Below are positions 40,263 to 50,403 of a DNA stretch of 64,000 bases, one piece after another. This DNA comes from an uncultured Selenomonadaceae bacterium. Its GTDB lineage: Bacteria > Bacillota > Negativicutes > Selenomonadales > Selenomonadaceae. Position 1 is the first letter of the stretch. Each line of letters opens with the position of its first letter. Both the position numbers and the translations under genes were made by a program. The notes beneath the pieces are model-generated. The model made no database searches. It saw only the letters and a program-made list of their open reading frames with translations, and had not been told where the DNA came from. Location: NCBI GenBank assembly GCA_964520975.1, contig CAZFPA010000001.1, positions 30,425-94,424 on the forward strand. Direction: 5' to 3'.

Positions 40263-41355
40263 GTTCCCTCACCTCGATTGTCATGCCCGGCTGTATCCCA
40301 TCCGCCGGCTCGGTATAGATACGTACCTGGAACGCTGACAGATCGGACTGGCCTTTTTCCCGGGACATCTTTAAATCCGCAAACCCCGGTGCCTGTGTGA
40401 TGAGGCGTACCGTTCCAATCGCCGGTTTTTCCCCGGCTACCGTGCGCCCGGTCAGAGTATCCCCCTCATGCAGCTGGCTGGCCTGCTTTTCACTCAGATA
40501 AATATCGTAATAGCAGCGCTTGCTTTCCAGCAGAACCACCGGCGTATTGGCCTGTACCATCTCGCCCTGCTTCGCCAGGATCTTGAGCACGCGGCCATCC
40601 TCCGGTGCCCGCAGCACCAGCCGCTCCTTCTTGACCTGCAGCTCCTTGAGCTGTACCTCCAGTGCTTTTTTCTGCTGTGCCAGAGACTGTACTTCATGCT
40701 GCTTATTGCCGGTTTCCTGCCGTTCCTGGGCAATCGTCGGCAAAGCCAGCGAGTCCGTATTTCCACTGTCCCGGGCGCCCCCGAGCAGCTTGGCCAGGAG
40801 CTGCTGCTGCTGCGCGGCATTGGCAGCGGCCACATTCAGATTTGTCCGCGCATCGTCCAGCTCCGACTGGGCAATAGCGCCGATTTCCGCCAGGGAAGCC
40901 TTGCGGTTATAGTCCAGCTGTTTATTCTCATAGGTTGCATTCGCCGAATCCACGGCTGCCCGCTGCTGATCAATCTGTCGAAAGCTCTGCTGCTCATCGG
41001 TATCCGCCTTGGCATAGCCGATGCCGATTGCCCCATTCGTCGAATTGATCTGCGCATCCATCTGGGCGATCTGAGCCTCCAGCTTTTCAATCGAGAGGTC
41101 TACATCCGTACTGTCAAGCTCCATGAGGATATCCCCCTTCTTGACCTCCTGCGCTTCCTGCACCGCCTCATTGACCAGACGACCACTCACGGAATCAAAG
41201 GACATCTTGACCTGCTCGGCCGTCAATATACCTTCCTTGTGCTCCGTTGCCAATGCCACCGCATCGTTTCCCTTATACATGAGTATAATACCGCCCAAAA
41301 AGAGCAGCCCGATAAAAATGAATCCAATCCGCAATGATTTTTTCTTTAATTCCAT
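40243..41355 (-). CDS. HlyD family membrane-fusion/secretion protein
   Basis: 370 aa with a TM anchor, a biotinyl-lipoyl-like segment, a long coiled coil, and a beta-barrel C-terminus. Confidence 0.85.
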   Translation of the reverse strand: MELKKKSLRIGFIFIGLLFLGGIILMYKGNDAVALATEHKEGILTAEQVKMSFDSVSGRLVNEAVQEAQEVKKGDILMELDSTDVDLSIEKLEAQIAQMDAQINSTNGAIGIGYAKADTDEQQSFRQIDQQRAAVDSANATYENKQLDYNRKASLAEIGAIAQSELDDARTNLNVAAANAAQQQQLLAKLLGGARDSGNTDSLALPTIAQERQETGNKQHEVQSLAQQKKALEVQLKELQVKKERLVLRAPEDGRVLKILAKQGEMVQANTPVVLLESKRCYYDIYLSEKQASQLHEGDTLTGRTVAGEKPAIGTVRLITQAPGFADLKMSREKGQSDLSAFQVRIYTEPADGIQPGMTIEVREHEFTKR

Positions 41356-41377
41356 GAATACTTTCCTCCGTTGCTAT

Positions 41378-41417
41378 TAGTCAGCTAACTATATGGACAA
41401 AAGAAAACTGCTGTCAG
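41378..41417 (-). promoter_or_regulatory. candidate promoter plus MarR-type operator for the hlyD operon
   Basis: CTGACA (41412-41417), 18 nt, TATAGT (41388-41393). The near-palindrome TAGTCAG|CTAACTA at 41378-41391 overlaps the -10. Confidence 0.45.
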
Positions 41418-41899
41418 CCAGCAGTCACTTTTTTCAGCAAACGACTGAGCTCTGCCTGCTCGTTCTTATCCAACCGTCCCATGAGCTTGCTGATACGAAG
41501 ATAATGCGCTGGCAGTATCTCATCCATCAGCCGGCTTCCGGCTGATGTCAGCGATACGCGCTTGCTCCGCGCATCCTCCGCATCCTCAGCCAGCCGCACC
41601 AGGCCGTCCCGCTCCATGCGGCGCAGCATCACACTGATTGTCGCCCGCGTCACGCCGGCCCGCGCCGCCAGCTTGGACGGTGCCATGCCATCGGGCTGCT
41701 GGTGCAGGATAATCATCGCACAGAGCTTGCCCTCCGAAAGCTGATATTCCTGCTCCAGGATATCAAAAATCGCGTGCTGGATCTCTGCCGATGCCTGGAT
41801 CACATCCAACATTGCCATAACGGCCGATGGATCGATTTCCGGGATATGCTGTGCATGCTGCTCCAATTCCCCCAAAGTCAAAACATTTTCACGTCGCAT
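41414..41899 (-). CDS. MarR family transcriptional regulator
   Basis: 161 aa with a winged-HTH region (PSKLAARAGVTRATISVMLRRMERDGLV). Confidence 0.9.
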   Translation of the reverse strand: MRRENVLTLGELEQHAQHIPEIDPSAVMAMLDVIQASAEIQHAIFDILEQEYQLSEGKLCAMIILHQQPDGMAPSKLAARAGVTRATISVMLRRMERDGLVRLAEDAEDARSKRVSLTSAGSRLMDEILPAHYLRISKLMGRLDKNEQAELSRLLKKVTAG

Positions 41900-41910
41900 A
41901 AAACGCCTCC

Positions 41911-41961
41911 AATAGTTAGCCTACTAACTATTACTATAAAGAAAACTGCCTGTTTTGTCAA
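41911..41961 (-). promoter_or_regulatory. marR promoter with palindromic operator
   Basis: TTGACA (41956-41961), 17 nt, TATAGT (41933-41938). A palindrome with 9-bp arms, AATAGTTAG-N4-CTAACTATT at 41911-41932, lies between the -10 and the SD. Confidence 0.55.
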
Positions 41962-41985
41962 GTCGATGACAAATAGGCAGATTTT
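41938..41985 (-). terminator. intrinsic terminator after pyrR
   Basis: Stems ctgcct/aggcag and ttgtca/tgacaa (41946-41980) with a U-rich tail on the minus strand. Confidence 0.65.
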
Positions 41986-42014
41986 TCAAAAATACACGAT
42001 GATGCGACTGTAGA

Positions 42015-43503
<1,489 letters not shown>

Positions 43504-43507
<4 letters not shown>

Positions 43508-43947
43508 ACAGACTTCTCTTTCGTTTGGAATACTATAGAATAAATAATACAGGCCACACCCACCACAATGGCTATATCCGCAACATTAAAAACCGGCCAG
43601 ATGCGAAAATCAAAAAAATCGACCACACTGCCCTGAAAGATCCGATCGATAAGGTTGCCCGCTGCACCGCCTAAGAGCATAGCCGCTCCATAGCGGATCC
43701 AGGCATTTTCACGCCGCAGACAGGAATAAAACCAGCCCGCTGCAGCCAGCACCAGGATACCGATAAAAATAAAAAAACCACGCTGATTCTCAAGAATGCC
43801 AAAGGCCGCCCCGGCATTCAGAATATAGGTGATATGAAAAACATTGGGAATGACCGGTATCGACATTCCCAGCCCCATAGAGGACTGAACATACAGCTTC
43901 ACCAGCTGATCTAAAATTATAATAAAGACACATACTGCTACCGGCAC
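43504..43947 (-). CDS. lspA: lipoprotein signal peptidase II
   Basis: 147 aa with 4 TM segments, and motifs NAGAAFG and FNVADI. Confidence 0.92.
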
Positions 43948-43966
43948 CTAAAAACCCCTGTCCTTC

Positions 43967-44509
43967 CTATTCTTCTGTTTGCTCCTTTACCGGCTCGTCG
44001 ACCGGCTCCTCTGCCGGCTTTGCATCCGGCAGACTGCGTTCCTCTTCCGTCAGCAGCGCAAGCTCCGACTGCATGAGCGAGCGTACCTTCGTGATGAACT
44101 GCCGCTTCTCCCGTACCAGGCGGTCGTATTCCGCTACAATCTCACGCACCTGATGGGATGCCTCATCCGTCCGCTTCTGCGCATCCATTTCCGCCTGGGC
44201 CCGCATATTATCACAAGCCTGACGGGCATTGGCCCGAAGCTCTTCGGCCTGCGTCTTGGCCGCCCGCGTCACTTCTTCAGCTGTCCGCTGTGCGACCAGC
44301 AGCGTATCCTGCAGGTTCTTTTCCAGCTGATGATACTGGGCCAGATCCTTCTCCTTCAAAGCGAGCTCATCCTTCAGCTGCCCGTTTTCCCGGTACAGCT
44401 TTTCATAATCGTTGACTACCTGATCAAGGAAATCATCGATCTCATCTTCATTGTAACCGCGAAAGCTGCGGCCAAATTCTTTATTATGTATATCTACTGG
44501 TGTAAGCAC
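43967..44509 (-). CDS. divIVA: cell division protein DivIVA
   Basis: N-terminal MLTPVDIHNKEFGRSFRGYNEDEIDDFLD followed by a coiled coil. Confidence 0.92.
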   Translation of the reverse strand: MLTPVDIHNKEFGRSFRGYNEDEIDDFLDQVVNDYEKLYRENGQLKDELALKEKDLAQYHQLEKNLQDTLLVAQRTAEEVTRAAKTQAEELRANARQACDNMRAQAEMDAQKRTDEASHQVREIVAEYDRLVREKRQFITKVRSLMQSELALLTEEERSLPDAKPAEEPVDEPVKEQTEE

Positions 44510-44528
44510 ACAAGCACCCCCTGTAAAA

Positions 44529-45314
44529 TCACAAATAACGTTTCAAAAGCACGCCGGTCCGGCCTTTCTTCGTCTGACCACGCACCTCGGCCACCTCCAG
44601 ACGGCCGCGTCCCCGCATGGAAAGCACATCGCCCTCCTTGACCGTCTGCGAAGCATTTTTTACGGACTGCCAATTGAGCTTCAGCTTGTCCGCTGCAATA
44701 TCAGCTGCCGCCCGGCTGCGCGACGAGCCAAACCCCGCGGCGGCAATCGAATCCACGCGCAGTGAAGCCACGGTCGCCCGTATCTCCTTGCAGCGCTCTT
44801 CCTTAGGCGCGATGGCCTCAAGCGAATCCAGCTCACAGCGCACTGCTGCGGCCCCCATCTGGATGCAGTTCTGCAAAAGGAACTGCGCCATCTGGGAATC
44901 CGTCAGGATCTTGGCCGAGTCCGCGCTGACCAGCAGGTCCCCCAGCCGATCCCGCTCAATGCCCAGGCCAATCAGTGCCCCCAGCACATCGCGATGGGAA
45001 AGCCGATAAAACTGCCCGTTCCAGGCCGCACGCACAACGACGATATCAAAAGACGGTGTCCCCATGAAATCCTCATGCACGAAGATTGCCCGCTGACGCT
45101 CTGCTCCCGGATAACCGCCGGAAAAGTCAACGCGAAGCCCCTCGTAGTTTGCCGCTACCGTCTCCGCAATTTCAATCCCATAGGGGTCCAGAAAATCCGA
45201 CTGCCGGAATTTGCGGTTCTTCATCGTCTGTTCAGCGATATCCACCAGCCGGACAGCCGTATCCGCTCCCTCTGTCCCTTTATAATAACGAATGATTTTT
45301 TCCCGATCTGCCAT
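44529..45314 (-). CDS. ylmH: YlmH, RNA-binding S4-domain protein
   Basis: 261 aa with a C-terminal S4 domain. It occupies the conserved position between proC/sepF and divIVA. Confidence 0.85.
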   Translation of the reverse strand: MADREKIIRYYKGTEGADTAVRLVDIAEQTMKNRKFRQSDFLDPYGIEIAETVAANYEGLRVDFSGGYPGAERQRAIFVHEDFMGTPSFDIVVVRAAWNGQFYRLSHRDVLGALIGLGIERDRLGDLLVSADSAKILTDSQMAQFLLQNCIQMGAAAVRCELDSLEAIAPKEERCKEIRATVASLRVDSIAAAGFGSSRSRAAADIAADKLKLNWQSVKNASQTVKEGDVLSMRGRGRLEVAEVRGQTKKGRTGVLLKRYL

Positions 45315-45315
45315 A

Positions 45316-46113
45316 TTATTTCCCCATTGCCTTTGATTTCTCTGTTGCCGCCATTACGGCATCAATGAGTGCACCACGTACACCCTGCTGTTCCATTACG
45401 CGCACGCCCTCAATCGTCGTGCCGGCCGGTGATGTCACCTGGTCGCGCAGCTCTGCCGGATGCTTGCCCGTAGCCAATACCATTTTGGCTGCGCCCAGAA
45501 GCGTCTGGGCGGCGAGCTTGATGGCCGCCTTGCGCGGCAGACCAGCAGCTACGCCGCCGTCTGAAAGCGCGTCGATCATGAGGAAGCCGTAGGCCGGCCC
45601 ACTGCCGGAAAGCCCTGTCACCGCGTCCATCATAGATTCCTTGACCTCGACGACCTGCCCGGCTGCAGCCAGCAATTCACTGATTTGCTGACCCAGCGCA
45701 GCCGAAGCCTGACTGCCACGTACAAAAGCTGACATCCCTTCTCCAACCGCCATCGGCGTATTCGGCATGACCCGAATGACCGGCTGCGTCGGGAAAACCT
45801 TCTCCAAAGCCGCCAGAGCAAGCCCGGCTACAATGGATACAATGCAGGTATCCCGGCCAACAGCGGCAGCCACTTCCTGCATAGCTTTGGCCGCCACCTG
45901 CGGCTTGATTGCCAAAAACAGGATATCAACCGAAGAAACAAACGACTCTGACCCTACAACTGCCGATATCCCATAGGTATCGCGCAGATAGGCACAGCGT
46001 GCTTCCTTATGATCGGACACAAAAATATCCTGCGCAGCGGCTGCTTCCTTGGCCAGCATACCGCTGACAAGCGCCTCAGCCATTGCTCCCCCGCCAATAA
46101 ATCCAATCTTCAT
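45316..46113 (-). CDS. proC: pyrroline-5-carboxylate reductase
   Basis: MKIGFIGGGAMAEA Rossmann start at 46113 (ORF maximum 46209), and the C-terminal motif VTSPAGTT. Confidence 0.92.
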   Translation of the reverse strand: MKIGFIGGGAMAEALVSGMLAKEAAAAQDIFVSDHKEARCAYLRDTYGISAVVGSESFVSSVDILFLAIKPQVAAKAMQEVAAAVGRDTCIVSIVAGLALAALEKVFPTQPVIRVMPNTPMAVGEGMSAFVRGSQASAALGQQISELLAAAGQVVEVKESMMDAVTGLSGSGPAYGFLMIDALSDGGVAAGLPRKAAIKLAAQTLLGAAKMVLATGKHPAELRDQVTSPAGTTIEGVRVMEQQGVRGALIDAVMAATEKSKAMGK

Positions 46114-46130
46114 AGAAATCCCCCTCCTAC

Positions 46131-46598
46131 TTATTTCAGCCAGGGCATTTCTGTCGAGACTGTCTTCTGCTCCTGCGTATAGGCTACATTCACATTGCTT
46201 GGAGCGCAAAGGAACACATTGCGTCCAACCTTTTTGATCTCCCCGCCCAGAGCATACGTCGTTCCACTGATGAAATCAATGATGCGTTTGGCGGCTTCGC
46301 CCTCTGTATTGTCAAAATTAATGACCACAGGACGCTTTTCCTTCAGGCAGTTTGCTACCTGCTGTGCATCATCAAAGGACTTCGGTTCAATTACGATTAC
46401 TTTCATCTTCGCTGTCGCCACCGTTTCCCGGATGGATGCTGCGGAAGACTGGAAATCCACCACATTGTGCGGTGCTGCGGCCTCTGGCCGGCTGGGCTCC
46501 CGGGTTTCCTCCGGTGCCATTTCCTCTCCCTTATCCTCCGTTATATCATCGTTATTCATCAGGCCGATCTTCCCACAAACCTTATCAATAATCTTCAA
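46131..46598 (-). CDS. sepF: cell division protein SepF
   Basis: Canonical SepF core VIVIEPKSFDDAQQVANCLKEKRPVVINF...RIIDFISGTTYALGG, within the ylmD-ylmE-sepF cluster. Confidence 0.92.
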   Translation of the reverse strand: MKIIDKVCGKIGLMNNDDITEDKGEEMAPEETREPSRPEAAAPHNVVDFQSSAASIRETVATAKMKVIVIEPKSFDDAQQVANCLKEKRPVVINFDNTEGEAAKRIIDFISGTTYALGGEIKKVGRNVFLCAPSNVNVAYTQEQKTVSTEMPWLK

Positions 46599-46612
46599 GC
46601 GATTCCCCTCCT

Positions 46613-47311
46613 CTAATATTGACGCTGCCCGAAAATCGCTGTACCAACCCGGACAATATTTGCTCCCTCTTCAATAGCAATCCTGTAATCATGGGTCATG
46701 CCCATTGATAAATATTTAATATTCGCTGCGCGCCCCGGTATTTCCTTTAGTTTTTCGAAAATTTCATACATCCGTCGAAAAAGCGGCCGGCATTGCTCAA
46801 CATTGTCATAGTTTGGCGCTATGCACATGAGACCGCAAAGACGCAGATGTGTGAGTTCGTCTACCGCTGCCAGCAGCATCGGCAGTGCCTCCTCATAGAC
46901 GCCGGACTTGCTCTCTTCCCTGGCCAGATTCACCTGCACGAGGATGTCCTGCACCTTGCCGTGCTTTTCAGCTGCCTGATCCAGCGCTCTGGCCAGATGG
47001 ATGCTGTCCACAGAATGAATGAGATCAAAAATCTCCACGGCCTGCTTCGCCTTGTTGGTCTGCAGATGCCCGATCAGATGCCAGCTCACCTCGCGTTCCA
47101 GTGTCGCATGCTTCTGCCGTGCCTCCTGAATACGATTCTCGCCGATAACCGTTACTCCCGCATCAATAGCTTCCCGCATTGCTGCGACATCGTGATTTTT
47201 GGTGACCGCCACGAGCTGCACAGGTTCATTCCTATCAGCCCGCGTGCGTTTCTGTCGGCTTTCCTCGATTGCCTTTTCTACCTCATGAAGCTTTTCCACT
47301 ATCATCCTCAT
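46613..47311 (-). CDS. ylmE: YggS/YlmE family PLP-binding homeostasis protein
   Basis: 232 aa with the PLP lysine motif VAVTKN and HLIGHLQTNK. Confidence 0.92.
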   Translation of the reverse strand: MRMIVEKLHEVEKAIEESRQKRTRADRNEPVQLVAVTKNHDVAAMREAIDAGVTVIGENRIQEARQKHATLEREVSWHLIGHLQTNKAKQAVEIFDLIHSVDSIHLARALDQAAEKHGKVQDILVQVNLAREESKSGVYEEALPMLLAAVDELTHLRLCGLMCIAPNYDNVEQCRPLFRRMYEIFEKLKEIPGRAANIKYLSMGMTHDYRIAIEEGANIVRVGTAIFGQRQY

Positions 47312-47332
47312 GCCCCCAGTAAGCTTGAAAAT

Positions 47333-48175
47333 TTATCTATGAAATCCCTGCGGAAATCCCTCTTCCTTTAATGCAATAACCGCTCCGATCCGGCCCGTCC
47401 TGCCCCCGTCCGCCCGATAGGAAAAGAACAGCTCGGAATTGCAGGCCGTACAGGTATCCGCCCGATCAATATGCTCCGGCTTCACACCGACCTGCTCAAG
47501 CTGATACTGATTGGCCTGCCAGAGATCCAGATGGGTATGTCCTTCCACAACCGGCAGGAGCTCCGTCGCGCCTGGAAAAGCCGCCGCAAACTGTGCGGCT
47601 ACTTCATCGCCTACCTCATAGCAGCAGGGACCGATGGCCGGACCGATTCCAACCAGCACCTCAGCGGGACGGGTGCCAAAAGCCGCCTGCATGGCCTGCA
47701 CCGTCCCGGCTGCAATCTTCTGCACAGTTCCCTTCCAGCCGCCATGGGCAATGCCTACCGCCCGATGGACCGGGTCCAGCAAAAGAATAGGCGTACAGTC
47801 AGCAAAACAGAGCAGGAGCGGCAAGCCAGGCTCATCTGTAATGAGCGCATCCGTCGCTGCAATGGAATCACTGTACACACGGCTGCCGCGCCCGGCATCC
47901 TTACGCCCTACCCGCAGGACACGATTGCCATGTACCTGTTCCGGTGTACAGATACGACGGGCATCAAGCCCCAGCGCCGCACAGAAGCGCTGACGGTTCT
48001 GCCATACAGCCTCGGGAGCATCCCCTACATGCAGGGCCAGATCCAGCGAAGCATACGGTGCTGCGCTCTGCCCTCCCAGCCGGGTGGATATCCCATGTAC
48101 GGCAACATCGGAAGGAAACAGAGAAAACCGCCCCTGCCAGATGTTATTTCCTGTCTTTTCCAAATAAAAGCTCAT
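47333..48175 (-). CDS. pgeF: YlmD/PgeF family (laccase-domain) purine nucleoside phosphorylase
   Basis: 280 aa with motifs DALIT, ADC.P and HGGWKGT. Confidence 0.88.
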   Translation of the reverse strand: MSFYLEKTGNNIWQGRFSLFPSDVAVHGISTRLGGQSAAPYASLDLALHVGDAPEAVWQNRQRFCAALGLDARRICTPEQVHGNRVLRVGRKDAGRGSRVYSDSIAATDALITDEPGLPLLLCFADCTPILLLDPVHRAVGIAHGGWKGTVQKIAAGTVQAMQAAFGTRPAEVLVGIGPAIGPCCYEVGDEVAAQFAAAFPGATELLPVVEGHTHLDLWQANQYQLEQVGVKPEHIDRADTCTACNSELFFSYRADGGRTGRIGAVIALKEEGFPQGFHR

Positions 48176-48187
48176 TTCAGCCTCCTG

Positions 48188-49915
48188 TTATTTGCACACG
48201 CCACAGCGCCGGCAACCGGCAAAGCACTTCACGGTTGGCTGCAGCTGCGCAGCCTTCTCCAGCTCGGTGTAGAGATAGGCCCGCTGAAATCCCATATCCA
48301 ATGTATCCCAGGGGAATATCTCTTCCTTGTCACGCGAACGATAGAGATAATCCTCCATACGCAAGCCAGCAGCCTTCATCGCCCGTTTAAAGGCCTTGCT
48401 GCCGCCCATCTGATGGGCGGCGTAAATGACGGCTGCGATCTTCCGGTCGCCGCGGGCCAGTACACCCTGGATATAGGCCTCCTTCGGCGATTCGGCGATG
48501 ACTTCCACATTTCTCCGGCTGCGCAGCGCCGTACGAATGCGTTTCAAGGAATCCTCCACCTGCTTCATCGGCGCCATCGGCACCCACTGAAACGGTGTGA
48601 ACGGCTTGGGGATGAATGGATTGATGCTCAAGGTGAGTACGCCCTTATTGCCGCGCGCCTCCATATAATCCTTCAGCCGCACAGCCAAATCAATAATACC
48701 ATCAATATCTTCCGTTTCCTCGTAAGGAAGCCCGATCATCAGATAGAGGCGGAAATTCCGTATGCCTGCGGCAATACCGAGATCCATTGCATGGAAAAGA
48801 TGTTCCTCTTCAATGCCCTTATTGATGACCGCCCGCATGCGGACACTGCCGGCCTCCGGCGCCATTGTAAGCGTACGGAGCCCGCTGGCGGCAAGCGAAT
48901 CCACCAGTTCCTTCGTAACCGAATCGGCCCGGAAGGAGGCTACCGACATCGATAGACCATCCCCCAGGATCTCCCGGCAGAGCGCATCGATTTCAGGATA
49001 GTCTGAAATCGCGGCGCCCATAAGCCCGACCCGCTTGCCAGCGGTCTTCGCCGCCTGCAGCATCTTTTCCAGCGCCGGCAGAGAACGATTGCGCGGCTGC
49101 CGGAAGCAGTAGCCGGCCATGCAGAAACGGCAATGACGGCCACAGCCACGGGCGGTCTCAATGAGATACAGATTAAATTCCGTATCTGCTGTCTCGATTA
49201 CAGTATGCGCGGGATAAGCATCCAAATCCGCCACCCATTGCCGGCGCACCGTAGCCGGTGCCCCATCCTGCGGCTGAATCGCAGTGGTGCGCCCCTGCCC
49301 ATCCTCTTCATGCACATAGAGAGAAGGCACATAGACACCCGGGACAGCCGCCAGCGCCTGCAGAAGCTCCGACCGTCCCAGATGAGCGGCCAGCCCCGCG
49401 TAGTAAGCATCCATAAAGCGCTGCATGGTCTCCTCGCCTTCTCCGATGATGAAGGCATCAAAAAAGAGACTCAGCGGCTCCGGATTGAACGTCGCACAAG
49501 GACCGCCGGCAATGATGATGGGGTCCATTGCCCCGCGTTCCGCTGCCAGTGGCTGAATACGTCCGAGAGCAAGGATCTTCAGTACATTGAAATAGTCCAT
49601 CTCAAAAGAAATTGCAAAGGCCAGCAGGGGGAAAGCCTGCAGCGGGCTCTGTGTCTCCAGGCTCAGCAGCTGCGTGTGCGAACGCTGGTACTCCTCCGCT
49701 TCCTTTTTATCCGGCAGGAAGAAGCGCTCGCAGGCCGTATCCGGCCGCTCATTCATGAGCTCATAAATGATATGCAGGCCCAGATTGGACATCCCGACAA
49801 AATAGGAATTCGGATAAATGAGCGCCATGCGCGCCCGTGAGCCAGGGGCATAGATATAATGGCCCGTTTCATTCTGCAGCCGTTGTTTGAGCATTTCTTT
49901 CAATTTCCAGGACAA
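48188..49915 (-). CDS. radical SAM protein with N-terminal B12-binding-like domain
   Basis: 575 aa with the CGRHCRFC cluster motif. The function is unassigned. Confidence 0.8.
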   Translation of the reverse strand: MSWKLKEMLKQRLQNETGHYIYAPGSRARMALIYPNSYFVGMSNLGLHIIYELMNERPDTACERFFLPDKKEAEEYQRSHTQLLSLETQSPLQAFPLLAFAISFEMDYFNVLKILALGRIQPLAAERGAMDPIIIAGGPCATFNPEPLSLFFDAFIIGEGEETMQRFMDAYYAGLAAHLGRSELLQALAAVPGVYVPSLYVHEEDGQGRTTAIQPQDGAPATVRRQWVADLDAYPAHTVIETADTEFNLYLIETARGCGRHCRFCMAGYCFRQPRNRSLPALEKMLQAAKTAGKRVGLMGAAISDYPEIDALCREILGDGLSMSVASFRADSVTKELVDSLAASGLRTLTMAPEAGSVRMRAVINKGIEEEHLFHAMDLGIAAGIRNFRLYLMIGLPYEETEDIDGIIDLAVRLKDYMEARGNKGVLTLSINPFIPKPFTPFQWVPMAPMKQVEDSLKRIRTALRSRRNVEVIAESPKEAYIQGVLARGDRKIAAVIYAAHQMGGSKAFKRAMKAAGLRMEDYLYRSRDKEEIFPWDTLDMGFQRAYLYTELEKAAQLQPTVKCFAGCRRCGVCK

Positions 49916-49933
49916 ATCTTTTCCTCCAGAGCC

Positions 49934-50401
49934 TTAGTCTTTTTTATCTTTTTCCTTGATAAGCCCTTCGAGCTCATCGCGGAAGCTGCTGATATCCGTA
50001 AATTTCCGATACACCGCGGCAAAACGGATATAGGCCACCTCATCCAGTGCCTTGAGCTTTTCCATAACCAGGGCACCGATTTCCTGGGCCGATACCTCCT
50101 GTTCCATGGTATTGCGAAGCTCACGCTCGATATCATCAACGAGCGTCGTGAGATTCTCCATGGAGATATCCAGCTTATCACAGGACCGGATCAGTCCGTT
50201 CAATAGCTTATTACGATCAAACACCTGCCGGCGTCCGTCGCTTTTTATGACCATCAAGGGGATTTTCTCCACTACCTCATAGGTCGTAAAACGTTTGCCG
50301 CAGCCGGTACACTCACGGCGGCGGCGAATGGTATTCCCATCATCAGCCGCACGTGAATCGATGACCCGGCTGTCAGCCTTTTTACAAAAAGGACAACGCA
50401 T
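49934..50401 (-). CDS. nrdR: transcriptional repressor NrdR
   Basis: Zn ribbon MRCPFC...C.GC plus an ATP-cone domain. Confidence 0.95.
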   Translation of the reverse strand: MRCPFCKKADSRVIDSRAADDGNTIRRRRECTGCGKRFTTYEVVEKIPLMVIKSDGRRQVFDRNKLLNGLIRSCDKLDISMENLTTLVDDIERELRNTMEQEVSAQEIGALVMEKLKALDEVAYIRFAAVYRKFTDISSFRDELEGLIKEKDKKD

Positions 50402-50403
50402 TG

